From Octopus sinensis (Eukaryota), in NCBI RefSeq assembly GCF_006345805.1, contig NC_043005.1, forward strand, positions 22,258,001-22,322,000: a DNA stretch of 64,000 nt. The letters are read 5' to 3'. Under the pieces are notes generated by a model. It did not search any database. It saw only the letters and a list, made by a program, of their open reading frames with translations, and had not been told where the DNA came from. Shown one piece after another: positions 53,616-64,000 of the stretch. Both the position numbers and the translations under genes were made by a program. Within the stretch, counting starts at the first letter, position 1. Every line of letters begins with the position of its first letter.

Positions 53616-54719
53616 ATGTATATGTCACAATTGTGTCTGGCAAGTCTTATATGAATTTCTCAGATTTCAGTACAGGGAAAAAAAAACAACTGGTGTACTC
53701 CAATGTCTATATTCATGGTGCAGTCGGTCAGTATAGTAGGGAAAATTTTCGCTCATGAGTGCAGGAATAGAAAACCTCGCTTTTACAGTTTAGGCAGGTG
53801 TCTAGGTTGACAGAATTCTCAGAGCTTGCACTTCATACTACTGTTTAAGTAAGGTTTATTTGTCCAGTATTCTCCATTCGATAAGATGTGCGCAGCGTTT
53901 TCATTCAATGTCCAATGAAATGCTTAGAGGCATTTCGTCTGTTATTACGTCCTGAGTTTAAATTCTGCCGAGATCGACTTTATTAGCACTGTTATGGTCT
54001 TCTGTATTTTCGTTGTCTTTGGAATTGTTTCGGATTCTATATCTGCTAGCCAGCCTTTCTTATCATTTTGGCCTAGTCGCATAATCATTGCTCAAATGTT
54101 TCAAATATTTCTCGGTGCTGCCAGTCGCTGCAAATCCTTTTCCTCCCCTCGTATTGGTAATCCATTTCTATCTATTTTTTGCGTGCTAGCAGTCGCATAT
54201 TGACAACTGCATTTATCCGGCTGCCGAGTGCGGTGCCTTCATCACTGATTCCAGTCCCATTTACGCTGTTATCTATGATACTTCTTTCTGACATTTCACT
54301 CACTTTCTGACATTTCAGTGGTGCCTTTTCATGAAACACCATCACTAGATGAATTATCAACCAAGGTTTGGAGAGACCCCATCTACTCACTTTATGAAAC
54401 AGTTATACTGCACCAGATTTTATACTGGTAGTACTGATACTGTATTGGCTCATTTTCAAAAATGTTTTTTTAGGTTGCTTGCTGTCAACTACTTACGAGT
54501 GCAACCTACTCGGATTATTTTTTGACGTTTACTCCTCTAGAACTGCCGATTCCCGGCCAGGTCTGGAAACGATAGTGGTTGAGAGATAATTCCACACTCC
54601 TCAAAACCGTGGAACTCCCGATGATAGCCCTACTACTGATGCAGTTTAACAGAAACAACAACAACTAGAATTTTGTCCGGCATGCTAACTCACTGCTTTG
54701 ACAACAACAACAATAACAA

Positions 54720-55095
54720 CAATAGCCCTTACTTAATTTAGCACATGGCCTGAAATTTGGTGGGAGAGGTCTAGTCGGTTACATCGACCCAAGTGCTTAA
54801 CTGGTACTTATGCAATCGATCTCGAAAGGATGAAAAGCAAAGTCGACCTTGGCGGAATTTGAACCTAGAACATAAAGACGGAGGAAATACCTATTTCCTT
54901 ATTACCCACAAGGGGCTAAACATAGAGGGGACAAACAAGGACAGACATAAGTATTAAGTCGATTACATCGACACCAGTGCATAACTGGTACTTAATTTAT
55001 CGACCCCGAAAGGATGAAAGGCAAAGTCGACCTCGGCGGAATTTGAACCTAGAACATAAAGACGGAGGAAATACCGCTAAGCATAATGTTCGACG
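54720..55095 (-). mobile_element. SINE family A dimer
   Basis: Two aaaggatgaaa.gcaaagtcgacct.ggcggaatttgaacctagaacataaagacgg units. Confidence 0.8.
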
Positions 55096-55184
55096 TGTTA
55101 ACGATTCTGCGTGTGCATAATACACACAAACACATACACACATACATGCACGCTCACATACACGTAGGCAAACATACAAACACA

Positions 55185-55216
<32 letters not shown>

Positions 55217-55682
55217 CGCACACACATTTCCACTGAATCAGTAGATACTCTGTAATTTCCCAGGTCATCTACGTAACTGAATGAAGACTAAACAAGAACA
55301 CCGAAGATAGTGAATGGATAGTTGTATTTTTGTTGTTGGATGCAGTCTGACATCACTCCTGTGAAGTATGAGCCATAAATTAGCAGAAAAATACTTAACC
55401 TTTGTGTTAAGAAAGAGTAGAAAACTTTCAGAGCATAGAGTTATTAAAACAAGAGGATAATGGCCGAGAGAAAGAAATAATTCATAACGTGGTTAGACTG
55501 TGGGATTGGGGAGCAGGCACACGTAATTAGTGAATAGTAGGGCTGAATGAAGCGAGTAATTGAAGGGACAAAGAAGGTTGTCAGAATTTACAAGGTGATA
55601 TATATCACATGTTAACTATCACACGCACACACTCGCGCGCGCACACAGACATATGCACTCATACACATACATATACACAAAA

Positions 55683-55769
<87 letters not shown>

Positions 55770-56029
55770 GTGGTTCAACTGTTAAGGATGATTGCTCGTT
55801 CAAATGGATTTCAGGTGTGGCAACGTCTGCATTACCTATACAATATTTTGATTATCCTCCGACACGGGTTTGACAGATCAGATATCAAAGGTTTGAGTAT
55901 TAAATGCATGCACAATGGACTTCGGGACTGTTCGGTTCTGAACTGGCTGTTGTTTGAATGTATCTATAAGTTTCATAAGATACATGTGAACAAAAAGCAG
56001 CACTAGTTTATCTCGGTCGAAAAGAGGTA

Positions 56030-56520
56030 ATTACCTTACTAGGATACAATTTTTCACTCTATGAAACGACATTAGGTCCCCCGCAGGAATCTGTTCTTGG
56101 TTGCCTAGTTTATTGCAAATATTAACAACATATTTGCTAACCTGAAACATGTTACTGTCTTAAAATACGCAGACAATATTACACTGGGCCTTAAGATAAA
56201 AAGAGCAGATCCTCTGCGCTGTAGATCTTTCCTGTCTTGAATGTCATACTTCTTAGGGCACTGGCACTCTAATGCTTCGACCTCCAGCAGCAAAATGGGT
56301 AGAAGCTCAGAAGATTACCCACCATATGTCCAACAAATTCAGCAACCTATTTTTAGGTTAATATCTCTTTGACCTGCGTACATAATTATAAAGCAAAAGG
56401 TATTGCGGCATCTACGACTTTCGGAACATTTTTATCATGCACAGGATTGTCGAAGTATGGCATAAACTAATGCTTTAGCTGTTAGCTGTAGGACATTGCA
56501 ACCTTAAAAGATTCCATGCT
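56030..56520 (+). mobile_element. Old CR1-like RT remnant
   Basis: GPPQESVLG...NINNIFANLKHVTVLKYADNITL (~GVPQGSVLGP...YADD). Confidence 0.55.
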
Positions 56521-56733
56521 TCCTGAAATTCAGCACTAAGTCTGACGTTCTTGTGTACTCTTTCTTTTTTTTATGGAACCGTCATTCTTCCCTTTTCTGG
56601 TTTCTTGGTTCCATTCTATGTGCATTGTCTTTATTTTAATTGCGTTATTGTTGGTTTTTGTCCTCTCTTTACTTTTTAGGACTACTTGTCGTACATCTGA
56701 ACATTGTAAGCATAAGTTTATCATTATTATTAT

Positions 56734-57030
56734 AGGTGAAGGCGCATGGCTCAGTAGTTAGAGTGTCGAGCTTACGATCGGGAGGTTGTGAGTTCGATTC
56801 CCGGACCGGGCTGCGTGTTGTGTTCTTGAGCAAGACACTTTATTTCACGTTGCTCCAGTTAACTCAGCTGGAGAAATGAGTTGCGACATTACTGGTGCCA
56901 AGCTGTATCGGCCTTTTCCTTTCCCTTGGATAACATCAGCGGTGTGGAGAGGGGAGGCTGGTATGCATGGGCGGCTGCTGGCCTTCCACAGACAACCTTT
57001 ATCGAACTTGTGCCTCGGAGGATAACTTTC
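56734..57030 (+). mobile_element. tRNA-head SINE family C
   Basis: ggtgaaggcgcatggctcagtagttagag (A box) ... gagttcgattccc (B box) ... ttgagcaagacact. Confidence 0.85.
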
Positions 57031-57039
57031 GGATCTTTT

Positions 57040-57450
57040 CGGTTTGAACGGCAGTTTGTAACATAATTTCTAGGTAACTAAAAATTTTAAACTTCGTATA
57101 CTGGTAGAATGTGTTTATAAAACATCATTTTCTCTTGGCTTTATTGAGAAAATTCTATAGTTTGCAACATATTTCGTCTAAATTTCTTGCATTTCGGCAA
57201 TTTTAACCAATCGCTGACCGTCCATTGAGGTGAAAGCATTCTGTGCCGCATCAATATGTCCCTCGTTTAAGAAACAGATTGGGTTATTTACATTTGTGAA
57301 GAAAAAAAGATACCCTTCCCCCACCCTAACCATAACCCTAACTAACCCTTTCTCTCTTTTCTCAATACTGTGACCTGTAACAATTCGCATGACCTGCACA
57401 GATTCTCTTTCGACTGATCGTCGACTCTTTCAGTCACGCATCTCTACTTT
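57040..57450. repeat. Interspersed repeat containing degenerate CCCTAA units
   Basis: ccctaaccataaccctaactaaccc at ~57324-57348; similar short CCCTAA variants at ~35031-35057. Confidence 0.4.
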
Positions 57451-57835
57451 CAACACGGTTTGTTTTTTTCACTGTTCGTTTCTTCACTTTTCATTCTACC
57501 CTTCATTCTGTCCACTTTTGAGTCATTTAAGACAATTTCTGTTGCGTTAGAATTCTCTTGCCTCGAGCCTTTATTTTGTTTGTTTTATTCTTTTATTCAC
57601 ATTTTTGTGTCGTTTTTGTTTTTGTCACTGCTTAATAGTTCGCTCGCTATTCTCAACAACTTTTCGCTATTGACGCTATTAAAACTGAATACTATTATCA
57701 TTAAAGGCGTGAACGTGTAATGATATTTTTGGAATATAACTGATGAAGAAAGAACCATTCTATGTCCTGTGTGTGAATTTTCTGTTCGTTCCTTTGTCGA
57801 GCTTCTCTTTTAAACTGTACACGCGCGCACGCACG

Positions 57836-57902
<67 letters not shown>

Positions 57903-58242
57903 ATGAAGATATGAATTACACTCTACAGGCGTATCATAATTAATAGAGTTTATATAGTTATATAAGCTATTAAATTTTCAACAGTATTTCATACATCGAC
58001 GATAATTTGTACAAATGTGTAAACTAAAGGAATTAAACAATTAAGACAGTTGTGTAATCTTTATTCAGCCTAAATTTTTATATATATAGATGTACAAAAA
58101 ATTATGACCAGTTGCATATGTGCAGTGGAAACACGTATAGGTCGTCGTAATAATAATAATATGCTGTATGACATTGTAAAATAAAGGAAATAATTATAGA
58201 GATGCACTACTCTCCACGTTCTCTATCGTTATAATTATTACT

Positions 58243-58416
<174 letters not shown>

Positions 58417-58793
58417 TAGTCGTCTAATCATTCATAAATCAGAAAGAACAGGAACTTGTACATTTATCACTAGAGTGTGTATATTAACCTTTATACTATA
58501 TAGTATTACAGATCCATCTCAGCCGTTTTTAGAAATCGTTTCGCACATGAATTAGTGAAAACATTGAACGGCGCTCGTCAGTGGGGCTAGTATGACTATT
58601 ATAGTGACAGCTCTCCGCTAGTGAAAAACCGAACGAAGCAATAGAAGTTTAGTATAAGGTTTCTGAAAGAGCTATATTCCTTGTACAAGACGATTAAGTG
58701 ATAGGTAACTACCTAACAAAACAGCAATGATCAAAAATAGATGTAATGTGGTTTAAAAAGAAAATTCATAAAAAATTTCAAACGATGAGTATG

Positions 58794-58896
58794 CTATCTC
58801 AAAATAGGGTAACTAGCAAGGGTCGCAATACTACACATGTTGTTATAGTTCCTAGCCATTTTGATATAACCATGGTCACCCCACCGCTGACCCCAA
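58794..58896 (-). CDS. CTSL: Cathepsin L-like gene B, terminal exon
   Basis: tttcag|(S)[33 protein letters not shown]; 103 nt. Confidence 0.93.
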
Positions 58897-60049
58897 CTGA
58901 AAAGAAAAAAAATTGATAATAAATCATACATTATTGACATGTATTAACATTTTCTTATTAACGCAATATAATTAACAGGCAAACATTTTCTTATTAATGC
59001 AATATAATTAACAGGTTAACATTTTCTTATTAATGCAATATAGTTAACAGGCTGTGACAAACAAATCTGACTGACCATACATGCCATCAGAATTCTGAAT
59101 ACTCATACTAACGTGTGTAGCGGTTATAGTATTGTGACGTGTCTTAGTAACTTATTCTGAATGGTCGTGTAATTTTATAGGATTCAGATGGGTCATAGTA
59201 ACATGTCATTGTGGTTATAAAGATTTCTGTACAATCATAGTGTTATGGAATGTCTTTCGGTCACATTAGTAGATTTGTGTCTGTGCGCCTCCGAAGATGC
59301 AGTACGGTGTTTTTAGGGTGGTATTTTAATAGTGTTCATAGTTGTTATAGATAAGCTTGTTATAGTGTTCATAGTTGTTATAGATTAGCTGGGGTTGCTA
59401 TTGAAGGGAACACTAGGCGTTAGAGTTTTCTACAACACTGTGTCTTGCATATTCAAGTGATCTTATATTTTGAGTGGGAGATAGAATAATTAAAATTCGT
59501 GTGCTTTCAAGAATTGTGGAAGGTATGAAATATGGTTTATGTATGACACGGGGAAAATTTCTCTGCAGAACCACCCCCAAAAACATACCCTCCCTTAAAT
59601 TTTAAGCATTCTGTTTCAGAGATGTTTTGCTTGCCTTTCTTTAACGCTAATGATTTTTTAAAAATCTACGTTACGGATGGAATTTTTATTGATTGCACAC
59701 ATTTTTGGTTCAGTTCATTAAAATATATTCCACACTCAACTGTATAATTTATAATGTTCTGTTATTTCTCCCTAAAACTCCACATGCGAGTATAAACTTT
59801 GCTATTATTATTTTAAACAATTTTTTTAAAGATCACTGGTATGTCAAAAGTGGCAGAACGCCAGGCTGTATATCTTGCATAAAAACCAGACCCAGTCCAG
59901 TCTGCAATGTTTAGATTTCTAAAAATTTTATATCAACTGATTTAGCTGGAGTTAACACGTTTGTTTTTAGATTTTAAACACCACTATTGACATTTTTTGC
60001 TGATTATAGTTTAAAAACTAAGTATTCTTGTAGGTGGATAAATTAAATA

Positions 60050-60455
60050 TTTATTTCTTCATTGCCCACCAGGGGCTAAACATAGAGAGGTCAAACAAAG
60101 GGATTAAGTCGATTACATCGAACCAGTACACAACTGGTATTTATTTAATGGACCCCAAAGGGATGAAAGGCAAAGTCAACCTCGGCGGAATTTGAACTCA
60201 GAACATAGCGGCAGAGGAAATACCTATTTCTTTATTACCCACAAGGGGCTAAACACAGAGAGGACAAACAAGGACAGACAAACGGATTAAGTCGATTGTA
60301 TCGACCACAGTGCGTAACTGGTACTTATTTAATCGTCCCCGAAAGGATGAAAGGCAAAGTCAACCTCGGCGGAATTTGAACTCAGAACGTAACGGCAGAC
60401 GAAATACGGCTACGCATTTCGCCCGGCGTGCTTACGTTTCTGCCAGCTCGCTGCC
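60050..60455 (-). mobile_element. SINE family A tandem multimer
   Basis: Reverse complement of the 52037-52693 structure. Confidence 0.85.
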
Positions 60456-60838
60456 GCGGATAAATTAAGTGTTGTGACAGTCATGTCTTTACCAGTAGTA
60501 TCATCATAACAGTATAATAAGTGAGCTAAAAACGTCAATAACTAGAATCGAAACTGCTTCACACTTTCCAGGTGTCTACTTTCTTTTCAATTATATCCAA
60601 CGTAAGAGTAAATAGTATAAAATTTCTATACTTATGTCGTAAAACAAAGTATCAGTTTTCATTTTCTACTACATTTCCATTCAGATTTGGAACTAAAAAT
60701 GACACCAGTGTTTGACACCGTATTTTATCGATCTCGTGGATGAAAGCGAAATTGTTTAAAGCGTGACTGGAAATCAGTCCATTGAGGGTCGTAATTAACG
60801 CAAGATATTTTATGTCTAATAATTTTGCTAGTCTACCG

Positions 60839-60881
<43 letters not shown>

Positions 60882-60936
60882 TCATACAGATAAAAATGGG
60901 GAGAGTTAAAGTAAAAAAAAAAACATTGTGATTTAC

Positions 60937-61200
60937 CTGTTTTTCACCAACCAGTAGTCCTGTCCATTTTCTGTTCCGTATCCAACCACCAAGATCGCAT
61001 GATTTGCTCGGTGATTACAATCATTTCTTTTGTAAATGCCATGCTTGTAGAATCGGAATGCGTTGGAATGGGCATCGATGGCAGCAGAGATTGGACCCAC
61101 ACCGGCCACTGCTACTTGTAGTGCGCGCTCTCTCTTGTGCACATTAATGTAAGAACTGACAAGTGACTACTTTCCTACGGTCATACTTACACACTTGTTT
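60937..61200 (-). pseudogene. CTSL: Cathepsin L-like gene B, penultimate exon, frameshifted (2 nt shorter than in gene A) as assembled
   Basis: tatag|KQVCKYDRRKVVTC then TAA at 61146-61144. The downstream frame reads VHKRERALQVAVAGVGPISAAIDA...NHAILVVGYG...KN AG|gtaaat. 264 nt versus 266 nt in gene A. Confidence 0.85.
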
Positions 61201-61619
61201 CTATATAATAAAATAACGATATAGAAGTTAGATTAAATTGGTAAAACCAAAGAACATGTATCTAAATTTTGAAAGAATTAACAATAAATAATTATCGATT
61301 TCAGTCACAATTACACGGTAAACGCACACCCATACGCGCCTGCGCACGCACACACACGCACACAAAGCAAAACATTCAAAAGAAGAACGGGTCAGTATGT
61401 CATCAATGGATAAATACTAATACCTATTCTCAATATATAATTATCTTAACATATAACAAAACGCATAAACAAATATTCTTATTGGCTTCAATTCAACCCC
61501 TTCGGCAGAAATAATATTTTTACTACCCTACTAAAATTACATCTAATTAACACTATGTGTAGCTGTTCTCGTAAATAGCTAAAAACTTTTCCCTAGCCTG
61601 AAGCATTCTTGCTTTATTA

Positions 61620-64000
61620 ATCTTGTCGAACGATGCTCATTTACTCGAAGCGATAAGATTCGTTTCAGCTTCGCATGACTGTTTGGTACTAGGAGACTTC
61701 AACGCTTCCACGATCGATTGGCCCGCATCAATTTGTACATCTTCCCGGTTCGGCCAGGCCCTTCTTGACGTGGCTGAAGATTGTTTTCTATCGCAACATG
61801 TTGAATATCCGACAAGGCATCGGTCTGGGCAGCAGCCATCTATGCTAGATCTGGTATTCTCCCGCTATCCAAGATCAGTGTCAGACGTATCTGTGTGCGC
61901 CCTCTTGCCAAGAGTGATCATGCGGTCCTGAAGTTCGTCATGCACACAACTTTTTCTACGCCCACGACTACTTCGCTGCCACGTAGAGTCTTCTCTGCAA
62001 TTAATCTTGAAATTCTAACCGAGGCTTCCGCGCTTCTGGACTGGCGATCCCTGATGACGTTGTCCTCAGTTGACGAACTATGGTTATCCCTCAAAGCATA
62101 TGTAATCTGTTTGACTGACCACGCAGTTCCCGTTGGGCTTCCCAAGAAGAAGAAACACAAGCCCTGGGTGACGAAGAAGGTTAAACGAGAACGTCGACTC
62201 AGAGATATTGCTTGGCTGAATTCAAAAATCTGGATTCGACTGCAGCTTTTGAGGTGTACAAAAACTTAACGAGACCGAGCCGTGAAAATTGAAAAGAAAG
62301 AACGCTTCAGTTATGAATACAAAATCGCGGCAAATGCCAGTAGCAATCCAAAAACCTTCTTTGCCCATGTCCAGCGGAATTCCCGCTTGAACAACCAGAT
62401 TGCAACGTTGGTAGACTCAACAGGCGTATCGATTGAGGACCCTTATCAACAGTCAATTATTTGCCGAGGCTTTTTCAATATTTTCAAACAAGATGATGGT
62501 CGTGAACCCCCTCCATTTGATAGATCGGTACCTCCAATGCTTCGATTGGTCATCACGCGGGACGAAGTCAAACGTGTTATTCAAGGCCTCGATGTCAACA
62601 AGGGTCACGGCCCCGACGGCATACACCCACGGGTTATCAAAGCGTTGGCTCCGGTCATCTGCGAGCCCTTAACACGACTATTCAATATGTCATTGGCGAC
62701 GGGTGTTATACCTGTAGACTGGAGAACAGCGATAATCTGCCCAATTTTCAAGAAAGGGAGCCGCGAAGACCCGCTTAACTACCGACCGGTTTCCCTTACA
62801 TCAATAATCAGCAAGATGTTCGAAACCATCCTTAAGAAAAGTATGATACTCCACCTCCTAAACACAGCCTCTATCTCTGATTCCCAACACAGCTTCGTGC
62901 CGAAGAGATCATGCTTGACCAACTTACTAGTAATGGAAGAATTGGTGACGCGCATCCTCGATGATAGTGATGCTGTTGACATCGTTTTATTGGACTTTAC
63001 CAAAGCTTTTGACTCGGTAAAGCACCGCCTATTACTTGTCAAGCTTCAAGCATATAGTTTCCATCCGGATATTATACGATAGGTTGGTGCCTTCCTCTCA
63101 GATCGCTCCTTCCAAGTCCAAGTTAATGGTTCGCGGTCCGACGTCTCCAGTGCGAGCAGTGGCGTGCGTCAAGGTTCAGTGCTTGGGCCCTTGTTGTTCT
63201 TAGTCTTCATAAATGACTTGCCCGACGACCTCACGCAACACACCCTTCTATTTGCCGACGATATCAAACTGGTCGCTCCTCGCGGTAATATAGAGGATCT
63301 TCGTCGATGCCTCCACCAAATTTGGAAGTGGTCTAACGATTGGGACCTGTGTCTGAACGTGTCAAAGTGCTGTCATCTGCCTGTCGGCTCTACTCCTGCA
63401 ACTCAACTTGATTTCGAGCCGGGTCGTCTGCTGCTGGAGAGGACCGATCAGGTAAAGGACCTGGGTATCTTGGTGGATTCCTCCTTTTCGCCTTCGGCCC
63501 AGTGCGTCCATGCTGCCAACAAGGCACGCGGAATTCTGTTCTTGATTCGACGGTCATTCGGAATGCTCACAGCAGCCATATTCCTACCACTCTATGTCAC
63601 GCTGGTGAGACCCATATTGGAATATGGGATTCAAGCCTCTTCTCCTTATCTCCTCAAAGACATACAGCATCTCGAAAGAGTCCAGAAGCTGGCTACCCGC
63701 ATGGTTCATGGTCTCAAAAATTTGTCCTATGAAGAAAGGCTGAGGACGCTCGACCTTATTCTCTTGAAAAACGCCGCCGCCGTGGTGATCTCATTCTCGC
63801 CCACAACATCATAAGTGGAAAGTGTAACCTCTCGAAAGAGCTGTTCTTCACCTGCTCCAGAGCGTCGGCTGCGGGGTCATTCCGAAAAGCTCTACCTGCG
63901 ACGATTTCATCTCAATCGAAGGAGAGGAGCTTTCTCCGTTCGGGTTGCGGATCCGTGGAACAAGCTGCCAGACGAGATGGTGAAGATGCCGACGACCGCT
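61620..64000 (+). mobile_element. CR1-like LINE (APE endonuclease C-terminus plus RT), 5'-truncated, frameshifted, in intron 5 of gene B
   Basis: LVLGDFN, LDLVF, SDH (APE); YRPVSLTS, DFTKAFDSV, QGSVLGPLLF, FADDIKL, PILEYG (RT). Several stops and frameshifts. Confidence 0.92.

Noticed and set aside
56734-56810. tRNA gene (A and B boxes)
   Set aside because: The head continues into a SINE body repeated at 37975-38262; no acceptor stem or terminator.
57324-57348. Interstitial telomere or chromosome fusion site
   Set aside because: Only 3-4 degenerate CCCTAA units inside an interspersed repeat.
61201-64000. Upstream exons of cathepsin gene B
   Set aside because: None found; the region is intron plus LINE, so exons 1-5 must lie beyond the window.

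Overview
AT-rich, microsatellite-dense animal genomic DNA. The SINE/MITE families look like those of octopus (my recognition, not a database result). Three genes can be reconstructed. (1) An intronless, divergent kinesin light chain (KLC) retrocopy at 55-1505 (+), whose sixth TPR lies behind a 1-nt frameshift. (2) A complete 7-exon cathepsin L-like gene at 47141->31210 (-), about 324 aa, with a 1-nt shortfall at the exon 4 acceptor. (3) The last two exons of a tandem cathepsin L-like paralog at 61200->58794 (-), with a 2-nt deletion. The ~14.5-29.3 kb region is a patchwork tandem array of one module duplicated 4-5 times, so the copies act as each other's empty-site controls. They show four copies of an L1/Tx1-type non-LTR retrotransposon, all ending in AATAAAGAAA-like sequence fused directly to (TATC)n and sitting in GATA/TATC sites. 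This candidate (GATA)n-microsatellite-specific retroelement is the most interesting signal in the window. The rest is TE debris: mariner foldback, Helitron, RTE, R4-like, CR1-like, Chapaev3-like, (TA)n-embedded foldback elements and several SINE families. TE boundaries are by-eye estimates; exon boundaries were read to the base.
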